From positions 23,938 through 87,937 of the forward strand of contig JAIORP010000135.1 of the NCBI GenBank assembly GCA_021108075.1: a stretch of DNA of 64,000 nt, written 5' to 3'. This DNA comes from Candidatus Omnitrophota bacterium (lineage in GTDB: Bacteria > Omnitrophota > Gorgyraeia > Zapsychrales > Zapsychraceae). This document shows positions 18,337-29,547 of this stretch, piece by piece (the first letter of the stretch is position 1; each line of letters begins with the position of its first letter). The notes beneath the pieces were generated by a model, which did no database searches, was not told the DNA's origin, and was given only the letters and a program-made list of their open reading frames with translations. Position numbers and translations under genes: made by a program.

Positions 18337-18668
18337 ACTCGTTTCGGTTGATATTTTTTTTTGAAAAAGCTAGATATCCTTTCCGATTAATATTACCATA
18401 AAAACAATTTAAACTTACGGTAAACATATGAACAGTCTGAAGGGATGCTCACCCACAACATTTGACAATATCTCTAAATCTTCAACCCCATCCCAAAGAA
18501 GGCGGGTTCTTTATTGAAACCTGCCGATCAGATGAATCTCTACAGGGAAACCTGCTTCACAAAAAATAAACAAAAAAAGAGGCCTGAAGTCAATCCTCTG
18601 ACGAACTTTTAATAATATTCTTGATTTAAAAACGGGAACGAAGTAGAATATACCGCATTAAGATAATA

Positions 18669-18750
18669 ATACCAATTCCATTAAATAATGACCAAACCCA
18701 ATTCTGCTTTTCAGAATTAAAATAGAACAATTTATTAATGGATTTGGTAT
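18669..18750. repeat. copy 3 (inverted orientation) of the ~82-nt palindromic repeat family
   Basis: Reverse complement matches copies 1 and 2 with two substitutions in the internal region; immediately upstream of the PilZ gene. Confidence 0.85.
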
Positions 18751-18765
18751 AAAGGAATAGCAACG

Positions 18766-19146
18766 ATGAAAAAAATGAAAGAAAAAAGAAAATTTATTCG
18801 AACTAAATGGAAATATCCCGTTGTTATCTTTGGACCAAACAATGAAATTCTCAACGGACAAATCAGCAATATTTCTCTAACAGGAGCCTACATTACCCGT
18901 GTTTTCCCTTGCATACTCCGCGTGGGCGATATATTCAGTTTTAATATCATCCTTTCCGATATTGACCTCGACCTCCGTATCGAAGGTGATGCTATCGTCC
19001 TTCGACAAGAATCAACCATCGGAATAGGAGTCAAATTCACAAAATTCAACGCAGACGCGCTCATGCACCTTCGCAAAATTGTTACGTACAATCATGAGGA
19101 CACAGAAAGCACACCCGGTAAACCTAAAATCTTTTCAGACAATTAA
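18766..19146 (+). CDS. PilZ domain protein (putative c-di-GMP receptor)
   Basis: RKFIRTKWK (RxxxR) and NISLTGAYI (D/NxSxxG) motifs, about 20 aa apart. Confidence 0.7.
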   Translation: MKKMKEKRKFIRTKWKYPVVIFGPNNEILNGQISNISLTGAYITRVFPCILRVGDIFSFNIILSDIDLDLRIEGDAIVLRQESTIGIGVKFTKFNADALMHLRKIVTYNHEDTESTPGKPKIFSDN

Positions 19147-19390
19147 TCCTTCCCAGGCTCATCGAAAAAACTAAAATTTTGCAGTAGCAGAATTTGCCGG
19201 AAGAACCGACTGAGTGAATCTCAACCTGATGTTATCATGATAATCACAGGGAGTTCCCCTGACAGACATAAAACCAATAATTCAATCAAGATCCTAACAT
19301 AATGAGTCAGGCACCTGATGGATAACGGATCCTGTTTTTTGAACAAAAGGTTACTTATACAGCAGTATATTCATAACAGAGGAGGAAAAA

Positions 19391-21139
19391 ATGGCAAGAC
19401 CGGTTGTTAATGAAGGAATTGACAGTATCAGAAAAGGTGGTAGCAATATATTTAGAGAAGGAACCCACATGCTTCCAAGCATTTCTTTGATGATGGCTGA
19501 AGGCGTATTAAAAACAATCAAGGATGTTAAAAAACCGTTTGTCACAATCATCAACTCCCACACTACGCAAATACCTGGTCATGCTCATTTGGATCAAATA
19601 GGAGCGGTCCTAAAAAAGGAACTGGAAGCCCAAAACATAAATGTTTGGTACACGAATATCGGGGGAGCAATATGTGACGGTATCGCAATGGGGCATTTTG
19701 GAATGAAATACTCGTTGCCATCGCGGGAACTGATTACGGATCAAATTGAAACAATTATTGGCGCCCATCCCTGTGATGCCTGGATCGGTATCGGCAATTG
19801 CGACAAAATCGTGCCCGCGATGTACAACGCCATGGTGAGAATCAATATTCCATCCATCTATGTCAGTGGTGGACCGATGCTGGCGGGTTGCGATCATCAA
19901 GACCTCATATCTGTTTTCGAGGGGGTTGGAAAACATAGCGTTGGAAAAATGTCAACGAAAGCCCTTGAAGAAATCACGAAATATGCTTGTCCTGGTTATG
20001 GTAGCTGCTCGGGCATGTTTACGGCAAATTCCATGAATTGCATGGGAGAGGTCCTTGGGCTCGCCCTGCCAGGAAATGGCACCATACCCGCAACCAAAAG
20101 GATTCCCGGGCAAACCAGGCAATTCCAGCTAAACCCGGATCGATTGGAACTCGTTAAAAAGGCCGGACACACATTACTCAATTTGCTCAAGAAAAAAATT
20201 CGCCCACTGGATATTCTGTCCAAACAATCCATTGACAATGCCTTCATACTGGATATGGCCATGGGGGGGTCGACAAATACCGTCTTACACGTCCTGGCAT
20301 TAGCCCATGAGGCTGGGATTAAATACAACCTCAAACGTTTAAACAAATTGTCCAAAACAACCGCGAACGTGGCCAAGATAGCCCCATCCAGACCAGAGGT
20401 CCATATTGAAGATGTCCATAAAGTCGGAGGAATGGGAGCTATTCTTAAATCCGTTTATGACGGTGGTCAGACAATGCTGGATCTAAAAACCCCAACAGTC
20501 TACGGCACACTTGGGAAATACGTCAAAGAATCACCTGAACCCGATGGGGATATCATTCGTCCGGCAGCGAACCCGTTTTCTCAAGAAGGGGGATTGTCCG
20601 TATTATATGGTAACATTGCGCCAAACGGTTCAGTGGTCAAAACATGTGGAGTGGAAGATGACATGCTCGTTTTTAAAGGGCCAGCCAAAATCTATGAGTC
20701 GCAAGAAGCGGCCTTAGAAGGCATCCTTGGAGGAAAGGTCAAAGAGGGGGATGTTGTTGTCATCCGTTATGAAGGTCCGAAAGGCGGTCCGGGGATGCAG
20801 GAAATGCTATCGCCGACAGCAGCGATCAAAGGGGCAGGGATACGAGCAGCCTTGATCACCGACGGAAGATTCTCCGGCGGGACCAGAGGCCTCTGCATCG
20901 GCCATGTCTCGCCAGAAGCGGCCTCTGGAGGAGCTATCGCCCTCCTGCGTAACGGCGATATAATCTCAATTGATGTCCTTAAAAAAAAATTAGATACGTG
21001 TGTCTCAAAGGCGGAACTGCAAAAACGACGCAAAAAACTCAAACCGTTCAAATCAAAAGTTCGCGGGGGGTGGTTGAAACGGTATTCCGCCAGAGTGACC
21101 AGTGCAGATACCGGGGCATGGCTCAGTGATGACTTCTAA
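19391..21139 (+). CDS. ilvD: dihydroxy-acid dehydratase
   Basis: GGAGGA RBS; IlvD/EDD hallmark motifs [56 protein letters not shown]. Confidence 0.95.
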   Translation: MARPVVNEGIDSIRKGGSNIFREGTHMLPSISLMMAEGVLKTIKDVKKPFVTIINSHTTQIPGHAHLDQIGAVLKKELEAQNINVWYTNIGGAICDGIAMGHFGMKYSLPSRELITDQIETIIGAHPCDAWIGIGNCDKIVPAMYNAMVRINIPSIYVSGGPMLAGCDHQDLISVFEGVGKHSVGKMSTKALEEITKYACPGYGSCSGMFTANSMNCMGEVLGLALPGNGTIPATKRIPGQTRQFQLNPDRLELVKKAGHTLLNLLKKKIRPLDILSKQSIDNAFILDMAMGGSTNTVLHVLALAHEAGIKYNLKRLNKLSKTTANVAKIAPSRPEVHIEDVHKVGGMGAILKSVYDGGQTMLDLKTPTVYGTLGKYVKESPEPDGDIIRPAANPFSQEGGLSVLYGNIAPNGSVVKTCGVEDDMLVFKGPAKIYESQEAALEGILGGKVKEGDVVVIRYEGPKGGPGMQEMLSPTAAIKGAGIRAALITDGRFSGGTRGLCIGHVSPEAASGGAIALLRNGDIISIDVLKKKLDTCVSKAELQKRRKKLKPFKSKVRGGWLKRYSARVTSADTGAWLSDDF

Positions 21140-21294
21140 AAAAAATCATAAATTCTGTTGCAATTCCCCCCCCAAACAATTATATTCCTTGAATAAGTTG
21201 AAATCGAGCGTTTGTTCCCGGGAATTTCACATGTTTTCCAGGCAAACGAATCTATAGATCAATATTTTTTAATCTGTATTAACGGAGGGTGAAA

Positions 21295-21819
21295 ATGAGA
21301 AAAGTTTTATTTGCAAGCATTTTCATGTTATGTGTGGCTTTATCCGCACAAACAATTTATGCCGAAGACTTAACTCCTCAACTCTGTAAAAAAAAAGCAA
21401 TCGCAGCGGCTAAATTGATTGAAGCAGAAGGCGCTGCAGCACTAGAAAAAATAAAAGCTGAAGATGGTGAATTTCGTTTCGCAGATGGTAAAGGGTATGT
21501 CTGGGTCCATAACTTAGACAATATCATGCTTATGCATCCGATTGAGCCATCGCTGGAAGGAAAAGGCCTAGGCGACAAGCGTGACGTTAACGGCGTCTAT
21601 CTGTTTGTTGCCATGAATGAAATCGCTGAAGAAAATGGTGCTGGATGGGTTCCCTATTCATGGCCAAAACCGGGCGAAGAAGCCAGTTCACCAAAAGCAT
21701 CCTATGTTGTCTTAGTTGAAAAAGATGGTGAAAGCTACGTGGCTGGCAGCGGGATGTACGATATCACGGGTGACGATATTAAAAAAATGTTCCCGGACGA
21801 TTCTGTTTACGAAGAATAG
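21295..21819 (+). CDS. secreted single-Cache(sCache_2)-like ligand-binding domain protein
   Basis: Signal peptide; GKGYVWVHNLDNIMLMHP matches the GY(F/V)xV...HP core typical of sCache_2 sensor domains; there is no transmitter domain. Confidence 0.5.
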   Translation: MRKVLFASIFMLCVALSAQTIYAEDLTPQLCKKKAIAAAKLIEAEGAAALEKIKAEDGEFRFADGKGYVWVHNLDNIMLMHPIEPSLEGKGLGDKRDVNGVYLFVAMNEIAEENGAGWVPYSWPKPGEEASSPKASYVVLVEKDGESYVAGSGMYDITGDDIKKMFPDDSVYEE

Positions 21820-21842
21820 TTTCCACTGTTATTAAGTCGTCT

Positions 21843-21882
21843 AAAAAAAAGCGTGCTTATTTATTTAAGCACGCTTTTTTTT
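21843..21882. terminator. rho-independent terminator (A-tract/stem/T-tract, potentially bidirectional)
   Basis: AAAAAAAA-GCGTGCTTA-tttatt-TAAGCACGC-TTTTTTTT. Confidence 0.85.
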
Positions 21883-22017
21883 AAAATTTATCAAATACCC
21901 CGCAGCAGAGCTACATGGTATTTGACTACGATTAATTTTAAATTCCGTCAAACATTTCCATTTGACCTCGATAAATTTGGTGGAAGAAGGCTTACATATT
22001 GAATATATAAACCTTAT

Positions 22018-22818
22018 TTATGGTTTGGTCTCGTCAAGACGCACTGTTATGTCATGATTGATCTTTTTGCAAATATCCCTAACGGCCGCTGTATCAGGTA
22101 AGACGCGGAAAATCGTATCTAAATATTTTTTTTCATGAATGACCTTCAGGGCTACAACAAAATTAATATCATAAACCCATCCAATCTGCAATAATTTGAA
22201 GTCATTCAATGTCCGTAAATCCTTTATCGCAACCTGACGTTCTTCCATAATTGCCGCCATGACGGCAGGATTGATCCGGGGAAGATCCGGCAAATCCAAA
22301 ACAACTTTCTTTCCCTGCCCAATCGCGTCCTGTTGATAATGGATATGGACGAAATAAAAAATATCTATCTTATCAACATCCCGCAGGAATTGAGCAAAAA
22401 TGATAAAACGCGGATCACTATGATTTTCAATTGAATAACGGTTATGATTCAAAATGGCGAAATTAATCAAATCAATCGTATTAGAATCGAAATCCTGTAG
22501 AACTTTTAACCTCGATAAAACCTGTTGCGCTAACCAAGCATGGTCAACTGTATCCCGGTCAGCAAATGAACCATACGTATGATATTGTTCAAAGCGCCCA
22601 ATATCATGGATTAATCCGATATAAGCGGCTAAAATGACATCTTGAGAGTCAGAAAAAATGAAAGGGGCTAACTCTTCCGCCAAGTCGCAGACTCGCAGGG
22701 AATGCTGGGCCTTGAGCGAAAAGGCAGCTTGAACATCTTTATCCAAAGATCCAAATTGGCGAAGATATTCCCTGAACCAACTTTTTTTCTCTTTTAAGTA
22801 TTTTTCATCTAAAATCAT
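22018..22818 (-). CDS. HD-domain phosphohydrolase
   Basis: LIHDIGRFEQY contains the H...HD metal-binding signature; 266 aa. Confidence 0.65.
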   Translation of the reverse strand: MILDEKYLKEKKSWFREYLRQFGSLDKDVQAAFSLKAQHSLRVCDLAEELAPFIFSDSQDVILAAYIGLIHDIGRFEQYHTYGSFADRDTVDHAWLAQQVLSRLKVLQDFDSNTIDLINFAILNHNRYSIENHSDPRFIIFAQFLRDVDKIDIFYFVHIHYQQDAIGQGKKVVLDLPDLPRINPAVMAAIMEERQVAIKDLRTLNDFKLLQIGWVYDINFVVALKVIHEKKYLDTIFRVLPDTAAVRDICKKINHDITVRLDETKP

Positions 22819-22995
22819 CGTTACCCTATATATTTATTACTATAATTAAAATAGCACATAGAATATTTAAATAGAATATTATAACAAATAATAATAAAAT
22901 TTCGTTGACAACAAACATAATCAATGTCAATATTGACATTATTAAATACTTTATAATCTATTCGCCAAGAATACTTTAAGCAAAATCAATGACAT

Positions 22996-23394
22996 ATGGG
23001 GAGAAAAATTAAAATGACATTGATCAAAAATTTTCAAGTATCGCGACCTACTGTAAAATCAATTAAAACTTTTCTATCCAACTTCCTAGCTCATGTAAGG
23101 TCGCAACAGGGCAACCTATGCTTACGCACATTAACAAAAAAAATTTTATTTGAATTGAACGATAAAAACGTAAATACCGTTTCTCTGACAGGCAACTTTA
23201 CAGATTGGGACACCAAGGGCATCCCGCTTAAAAAGAATTGGCGTGGTATTTGGCGAATACAAATAAAATTGAACCCCGGAAAATATGAATATAAATTCAT
23301 AATCAATAAAAATGACTGGATTACTGATCCGACTAATCCAGAGACAGTCATAAATTCATTTGGAACCAGAAATTCAATAAGGATCGTTACTTAA
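22996..23394 (+). CDS. CBM48/AMPK-beta-type glycogen-binding domain protein
   Basis: VSLTGNFTDWDTKGIPLKKNWRGIWRIQIKLNPGKYEYKFIINKNDWITDP, typical of the CBM48 glycogen-binding module; alternative start at ATG 23014. Confidence 0.65.
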   Translation: MGRKIKMTLIKNFQVSRPTVKSIKTFLSNFLAHVRSQQGNLCLRTLTKKILFELNDKNVNTVSLTGNFTDWDTKGIPLKKNWRGIWRIQIKLNPGKYEYKFIINKNDWITDPTNPETVINSFGTRNSIRIVT

Positions 23395-23395
23395 T

Positions 23396-24562
23396 ATGAA
23401 AATAGCTATTTTATCTTGGGAATCAGCTCATTCAATTTATGTTGGTGGCGTTGCTATTCATGTTACAGAATTAGCCTGTTCATTAGAAAGAATCGGCCAC
23501 GAAGTTCATGTTTTTACCCGCATGGGACGTCATGACCACCCCCTTTATGAAAATATCCACGGAGTCCATTACCATCGCTGTCCTTTCAATTCGCATCCTG
23601 ATTTTATTGAAGAAGTTAACAATATGTGTCGAGCAATGGTCGATGCCGTTTTTCACACAGAAGATTATATGGGTGATCATTTTGATGTCGTCCATGCACA
23701 TGATTGGTTAACAGCCAATGCCATGATCTGGATAAAACGGGGGCGTGGCCGAAGAACAATCTTTACGATACATTCCACAGAATATGGCCGTTGCGGAAAT
23801 AATTTTTACGGTGGTGGTTCTGACCGCATTCGCGGAATAGAATGGCAGGGAGCTTATGAAGCCGACCGCGTTGTAACAGTTTCAGGCGCGCTTAAGAATG
23901 AAGTGCAATGGATATATAATATTCCTGAATGGAAAGTCGATATCATATATAATGGTATTAGTTGTCAAAATTATGATGGCTATATTGACCCTGGTGAAGT
24001 GCGTTCCCGCGTCCAGATCGGACCGGTTGATCCCATGGTGCTGTTTGCCGGGCGCATGTCCTCACAAAAGGGACCTGATATTCTTATGGAAGCCATCCCC
24101 AGTATTCTCCATTTTCATAACAACGCGAAGTTTGTTTTTGCCGGAGATGGAGACATGCGCGGACAGGTTGAACAACGCGCGCATCAGCTGGGAGTTGCCC
24201 ATGCAACTCGTTTTCTGGGACATCAATCGAGTTGGGCCTTAACAGATTTATTCAAAGCAACCGACTGCGTCTGCGTTCCGAGCCGCAATGAACCTTTCGG
24301 CATTGTTATTCTTGAAGCTTGGAGTGCGGGTAAGCCAGTTGTCGCCTCAGTTAACGGAGGCCCTTCAGAAATTATTTGGCACGATGTTACAGGTTTTAAA
24401 ATTAACGCTCATCCTGAGTCCGTCGCCTGGGGTGTCGGTTCACTTTTTGCTGATTTTGAACATGGACGCTGGATGGGAAGAAATGGAAGGATTGCCGCCG
24501 AGACTATATTTTCTTGGGATACTATAGCGGATCAAACTCTATCCGTTTATAATTGGTGGTAA
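23396..24562 (+). CDS. glycosyltransferase, glycogen/starch-synthase-like (GT4/GT5 fold)
   Basis: N-terminal KIAILSWESAHSIYVGGVAIHV (glycogen-synthase-like G-rich loop); C-terminal EPFGIVILEAWSAGKPVVAS (EX7E motif); genomic context with CBM48 and GH57 genes. Confidence 0.75.
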   Translation: MKIAILSWESAHSIYVGGVAIHVTELACSLERIGHEVHVFTRMGRHDHPLYENIHGVHYHRCPFNSHPDFIEEVNNMCRAMVDAVFHTEDYMGDHFDVVHAHDWLTANAMIWIKRGRGRRTIFTIHSTEYGRCGNNFYGGGSDRIRGIEWQGAYEADRVVTVSGALKNEVQWIYNIPEWKVDIIYNGISCQNYDGYIDPGEVRSRVQIGPVDPMVLFAGRMSSQKGPDILMEAIPSILHFHNNAKFVFAGDGDMRGQVEQRAHQLGVAHATRFLGHQSSWALTDLFKATDCVCVPSRNEPFGIVILEAWSAGKPVVASVNGGPSEIIWHDVTGFKINAHPESVAWGVGSLFADFEHGRWMGRNGRIAAETIFSWDTIADQTLSVYNWW

Positions 24563-24571
24563 TAAATTACA

Positions 24572-25702
24572 ATGGTACCGCAGAGTAAAAAAATAAAAAA
24601 ACATAATGATTCACAAATTCAGCACATCAATGATGAAAATTATGTCTTGCCAACTGATTACGGCATAAGCCAGATAACCCTTCTAACCCGCGATCCTTTT
24701 TGGATCTACGCCTACTGGGAAATTAATCCTAAGAGCTTGAAAGAGAATCAAACAATATCCATGCATGTCAAGAAACATGGATGTTTTACGGTTCGCATTT
24801 ATGATGTTTCACAGATCCACTTCAACGGCCAAAACGCCAATCATACATTTGACGTCGATATCGATGTCTCGCATGAGAATGAAAAATACATCCAGGTCTG
24901 GGGTGATAACGCTAATTATTGTGCGGAGATTGGCTATCGAACCGCATCTGATGATTTCTTAGCCTTGGCGCGCTCAAATGTTATTCAAACACAACGATCA
25001 AGCCTTGCGGAACAGAATACTGTCACGTTAATGCAAACAAAAGAACATAACGGATCCTTTTTATTAGAGAACGTTAAGGATTACAGAAAAGACACGAAAA
25101 ATCTCACACCTGAAGTTAAACGATACCCTGTACCAGAACCCAATAAAAAACCAAAAAGTCCTTACGGCGATCAGACGCCATTATCGATTGACCATATTTG
25201 GAATTATTACAGCAAACTGACACCGTTGCTTCAAAAGGTCCGCCCAGGCAGGGAAGAAAAATTTCTGCGTCGTTTTAATCCTGAAGATTTAGAATTAAAT
25301 TCCTATGAGCTTGGTGAACCTTTAATTTCTCGACAATTCAAAATTAAAGCCTTGCGGGGCAGTTCCGACAACATCCATATACAGCAAGCAAGCAGTTCCG
25401 ATATACACGCTGAGGGATCACATTCTCTCGGGGCGAGTGAGAATAACAGCAATCAATCCAGACGACCGTTCTTTTTCGAAATAGGAACGGAATTAATTGT
25501 TTACGGAAGAACTGAACCGAATGCGAGTGTTTACTTTGATAACAGAAAAATACCGCTACGATCTGACGGCACATTCTCGATGAGATTATCCCTGCATGAA
25601 GGGACAATACCTCTTAACTTTATGGCCCAATCACATGATAAACTTGATAAACGTTCAATCTATACAGAAGCAACACGCTCAAAAACAACATATAAGCCAT
25701 AA
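24572..25702 (+). CDS. hypothetical protein within the alpha-glucan cluster
   Basis: 376-aa ORF; N-terminal LTRDPFWIYAYWEINPKSL; no catalytic motif recognised; lies in the same direction between the GT and GH57 genes. Confidence 0.5.
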   Translation: MVPQSKKIKKHNDSQIQHINDENYVLPTDYGISQITLLTRDPFWIYAYWEINPKSLKENQTISMHVKKHGCFTVRIYDVSQIHFNGQNANHTFDVDIDVSHENEKYIQVWGDNANYCAEIGYRTASDDFLALARSNVIQTQRSSLAEQNTVTLMQTKEHNGSFLLENVKDYRKDTKNLTPEVKRYPVPEPNKKPKSPYGDQTPLSIDHIWNYYSKLTPLLQKVRPGREEKFLRRFNPEDLELNSYELGEPLISRQFKIKALRGSSDNIHIQQASSSDIHAEGSHSLGASENNSNQSRRPFFFEIGTELIVYGRTEPNASVYFDNRKIPLRSDGTFSMRLSLHEGTIPLNFMAQSHDKLDKRSIYTEATRSKTTYKP

Positions 25703-25941
25703 ACCGAGATCTTGCCTGCCCTGATACGCGGGCACAGGAACCTTTGCTCGATATAAAACAGTGGAAAAAATTTCTACAAAATCGATCGCTTCATCCAATC
25801 TTAACGGTCAGATAAGCGGTGGTTCAGGCCAGATTCGCATTTCCCATTAATAATCTGGGAGAAATCAATTCGTTGCATCATTCAAACTAAATATTTTGCA
25901 GCAATATCACAATCATCAATATTTATAAAGGAGCATGATCA

Positions 25942-27660
25942 ATGCCAAAGGGTTTTCTTTGTTTAGTCTTACACGCCCATTTGCCATTTGTGCGCCACCC
26001 GGAAGAAGAATATTTTTTAGAAGAAAATTGGCTTTATGAAGCGATCACAGAGACTTATATCCCCATTATCAACATCTGTGAAAACTTACTAAAAGACCGC
26101 ATCTTTTTCCGTTTCACGATGTCCTTGACGCCACCTTTAATTGAAATGCTCCAGGATCCTTTATTACAAGATCGTTATATCCGTCATCTTGATAAATTAA
26201 TCGAACTGTCAGAAAAAGAAATCTATCGAACACAATTTGAGCCTCATTATCACCAGTTGGCAAACAATTATCATAAACAATTCAAAGACTACAAGGATCT
26301 TTTTGTCCATAAATATCACAAAAACATCATCGAAGCCTTTAAATCCTTTCAGGAGAAAGGCTGCCTAGAAATTATTACATGTTCGGCGACACATGGATTC
26401 CTGCCCCTTTTAAACATCAACCCGTCAAGCGTAAAAGCGCAACTAAATATTGGGATAGACCATTATAAAAAAACGTTCCAAAGAAAACCGGAAGGAATAT
26501 GGCTTCCCGAATGCGGTTATGAATACCAAATTGATGAACACTTAAAGAACAAAGGCATCCGCTATTTCTTCGTTGATACGCATGGAATTATTCATGCGAA
26601 CCCGACACCTGAATACGGAGTATATACTCCGATCTATTGTCCATCAGGGGTTGCCGCTTTTGGCCGTGACACAGAATCATCAAAACAGGTCTGGAGTGCG
26701 CATGAAGGATACCCTGGAGATGTAGATTACCGTGAATACTATCGGGATATCGGTCATGACCTTGACTATGAATACATTAAACCTTATATTCATCCCGACG
26801 GCATCAGAATCAACACTGGAATTAAATATTGGCGCATAACAGGGCGAACCGATTACAAAGAAGTTTATCGCCCTGAATGGGCCAGTGAAAAAGCGGCCCA
26901 ACACGCCGGCAATTTTATGTTCAACAGAGAAAAACAAATTGAACACTTAGCCAACCACATGAAGCGCGTACCAATCATCGTTTCACCTTATGACGCAGAA
27001 CTTTTCGGCCATTGGTGGCATGAAGGACCCCTTTGGTTGGACTATTTCATGCGCAAGGCGGGTCAAAATCAAGATATCATGCGATTAATAACGCCTTCCG
27101 AATATCTTCGAAAATACCCCATTCAACAAATGAGTACGCCATCTCCGTCAAGTTGGGGATACAAAGGATACAACGAATTCTGGTTGGACAAAGTCAATTC
27201 CTGGGTTTACCGGCATGTCCACATGGCCGGTAAACGCATGAATGAAATCGCAAACACGTTCGCGAAAAATATTTGCGGTAAAAATAATAGTCGCCTAAAA
27301 AGAGCATTAAATCAAGCCGCACGTGAACTATTATTAGCCGAGGCAAGTGATTGGACTTTTATCATGAAAGCAGGAACGATGGTCCCGTATGCCGAAAAAA
27401 GGATCAAACAACACATCGGTCGATTCAATAAGCTTTACAATGATATTATAAACAAAAACATTGATCCCCAATGGTTATCACTTATAGAAGAGCATGATAA
27501 CATCTTCAAGGACATAAACTGCGCCCAGTACTATATTGACGAAGAAATTTTCAATGACGCTAAAAAAACACAACCTCAACAAAATAAAATAACAATAAAA
27601 AACGGCTCAAACAGAAATACAGCCGTCAATGACGAGGAGGCACTTGATGGACATCATTAA
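25942..27660 (+). CDS. GH57-family 1,4-alpha-glucan branching enzyme-like protein
   Basis: N-terminal CLVLHAHLPFVRHPE (HxHLPxV hallmark of GH57 branching enzymes); 572 aa with a C-terminal helical domain. Confidence 0.8.
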   Translation: MPKGFLCLVLHAHLPFVRHPEEEYFLEENWLYEAITETYIPIINICENLLKDRIFFRFTMSLTPPLIEMLQDPLLQDRYIRHLDKLIELSEKEIYRTQFEPHYHQLANNYHKQFKDYKDLFVHKYHKNIIEAFKSFQEKGCLEIITCSATHGFLPLLNINPSSVKAQLNIGIDHYKKTFQRKPEGIWLPECGYEYQIDEHLKNKGIRYFFVDTHGIIHANPTPEYGVYTPIYCPSGVAAFGRDTESSKQVWSAHEGYPGDVDYREYYRDIGHDLDYEYIKPYIHPDGIRINTGIKYWRITGRTDYKEVYRPEWASEKAAQHAGNFMFNREKQIEHLANHMKRVPIIVSPYDAELFGHWWHEGPLWLDYFMRKAGQNQDIMRLITPSEYLRKYPIQQMSTPSPSSWGYKGYNEFWLDKVNSWVYRHVHMAGKRMNEIANTFAKNICGKNNSRLKRALNQAARELLLAEASDWTFIMKAGTMVPYAEKRIKQHIGRFNKLYNDIINKNIDPQWLSLIEEHDNIFKDINCAQYYIDEEIFNDAKKTQPQQNKITIKNGSNRNTAVNDEEALDGHH

Positions 27661-29074
27661 TGGTTTACCCAATATTTTTTATAATAACTCTGATGAGCAG
27701 GATCTCGCACCCTTAAAAAAAGACATCTATTTACCAGGGATCAAAACAAACACAAACAACATTCAGGCCTGTTTCAGCATAGCCTTACATATGCATCAAC
27801 CAACCATTCCGGCCGGGCATGACAATCTACAAACGGCCGGGCTCATTTCAAATTTAGAACATATGATGAACAATCAACATACCGGAGACAATCACAATGC
27901 GCCTGTTTTTCTCAACTGCTATTCCCGCATATCTGATATAATCCGAGAACATGTCGACCAGGGTCATAATCCACGGGTCATGCTCGATTATTCCGGGAAC
28001 TTATTATGGGGACTACGTCAAATAGAAGGCGGCAGAGTTTTAGACAACTTAAAGTATATTACTTGCGATGAAAAATACTTTCCTTACGTTGAGTGGTTAG
28101 GAACGATGTGGTCGCATGCTGTCGCCTCATCAACACCCATTCCAGACATTAAACTGCATTTAATGGCCTGGCGTAAACACTTTGCTTCCATTTTCGGTAA
28201 AGATGCTGTCCGACGAGTCAAAGGGTTCTCCCCGCCTGAGATGCATTTACCGATCCATCCGGATGTCTGTTATGAATACATTAAAGCCCTTAAAGAATGC
28301 GGGTACACCTGGTTAATGGTCCAGGAACACACGATTGAACTCACCGACGGTACAGGACTCCGGAATCCTTATCTTCCACATAAACTTGTTGCAAAAAATT
28401 CTCTGGGCAAAATCGAAGAGATCACAATTCTCATCAAAACGCAAGGCTCAGACACTAAACTTGTCGCACAAATGCAACCGTATTATGAAGCTAAAACAAA
28501 ACATCCCGAAAATTTTTGTCAAAAACAAATTCCACCTATTGTCCTGCAAATTGGTGATGGTGAAAATGGAGGGGTGATGATGAATGAATTTCCTTCAGCC
28601 TTTCACCAGGCATTCAATGAGATAGGATTTGACGGTGTCGTAGCCATGAATGGCACAGAATACCTGGAACTCGTAGTGGCTAAAGGGATTAAAGAAAAAG
28701 ATTTTCCTGGCGCGCAACCCGCATCGCAACATTTAATCTGGGAAAACATCAAAAAATTTGAACCGCACGCAAGTGATAAGGCTATTGACAAAATTCACGA
28801 TAAAGACCCAAACTATAATCTCGATAAAGGGTCATGGACAAGTGACCGAAGTTGGATAAAGGGGTATGAAAGTGTCCTGGATCCCATGAACAAACTCAGT
28901 GTCGCTTTTCATAGTAAATACGATAAAAAAGGTCCATCATCCGACCCTCAATACAATGAAGCCCTGCTCTATCTACTGCTTTCTCAAACAAGCTGTTTTC
29001 GTTATTGGGGTGAAGGTGTTTGGATAGAGTACGCCAAAGAATTATGCCGCAGAGGAAATGAACGTTCCGCATAA
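27647..29074 (+). CDS. GH57-family glycoside hydrolase (alpha-amylase/4-alpha-glucanotransferase-like)
   Basis: HMHQP motif (GH57 region I); GAGGAGG RBS before ATG 27647; 14-nt overlap with the upstream gene. Confidence 0.7.
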   Translation: MDIINGLPNIFYNNSDEQDLAPLKKDIYLPGIKTNTNNIQACFSIALHMHQPTIPAGHDNLQTAGLISNLEHMMNNQHTGDNHNAPVFLNCYSRISDIIREHVDQGHNPRVMLDYSGNLLWGLRQIEGGRVLDNLKYITCDEKYFPYVEWLGTMWSHAVASSTPIPDIKLHLMAWRKHFASIFGKDAVRRVKGFSPPEMHLPIHPDVCYEYIKALKECGYTWLMVQEHTIELTDGTGLRNPYLPHKLVAKNSLGKIEEITILIKTQGSDTKLVAQMQPYYEAKTKHPENFCQKQIPPIVLQIGDGENGGVMMNEFPSAFHQAFNEIGFDGVVAMNGTEYLELVVAKGIKEKDFPGAQPASQHLIWENIKKFEPHASDKAIDKIHDKDPNYNLDKGSWTSDRSWIKGYESVLDPMNKLSVAFHSKYDKKGPSSDPQYNEALLYLLLSQTSCFRYWGEGVWIEYAKELCRRGNERSA

Positions 29075-29257
29075 CTTTATAGAAATATCAATTGACAAAT
29101 ATATCATTGCGCTTCATACTTTTACATAAAGTAAATAAAGGTTTAATCATATTAATTCTGTTTATCTCGTCATCACACAATGTTCCAATCGCTTTCTTGA
29201 TTAATACGACATTGCCGTTATTTACTGATCGTCAAACAAGAAAGGAGGAGGTAAATA

Positions 29258-29458
29258 ATGGTCAAAGGTAAGGTCAAATGGTTTAACAACCAAAAAGGTT
29301 ATGGATTCATTACACCAGAGTCTGGAGATGATATCTTTGTCCATTTCTCTGCGATCCAAAGTGATGGCTACAAAACCCTGACTGAAGGACACGACGTGGA
29401 TTTTGAAGTAGAGAAAGGTCCAAAAGGTGAACACGCCAAGAATGTTACTGCGGCATGA
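29258..29458 (+). CDS. cold-shock protein (CspA family)
   Basis: [34 protein letters not shown] has the RNP1/RNP2 motifs; AAAGGAGGAGG RBS. Confidence 0.95.
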   Translation: MVKGKVKWFNNQKGYGFITPESGDDIFVHFSAIQSDGYKTLTEGHDVDFEVEKGPKGEHAKNVTAA

Positions 29459-29473
29459 TTTATATATCCATAG

Positions 29474-29501
29474 AGCCCGACTTATAGGTCGGGCTTTTTT
29501 C
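29474..29501 (+). terminator. rho-independent terminator of the csp gene
   Basis: AGCCCGAC-ttatag-GTCGGGCT followed by TTTTTT. Confidence 0.85.
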
Positions 29502-29547
29502 ATTTATATTGCTAAAAAAGATTGTTTGTTAGGTAAAGGAGCCGGTT

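Noticed and set aside
19147-19390. Possible ilvD leader or attenuator (tiny ORF MIITGSSP, GGATCC…TTTTTT before the RBS)
   Set aside because: The peptide is not convincingly branched-chain-rich and the hairpin is only 3-4 bp; insufficient to call an attenuator.
25703-25760. Hairpin CCTGCCC…GGGCACAGG after the 24572-25702 gene
   Set aside because: Bulged 7-bp stem without a following T-tract; too weak to call a terminator.
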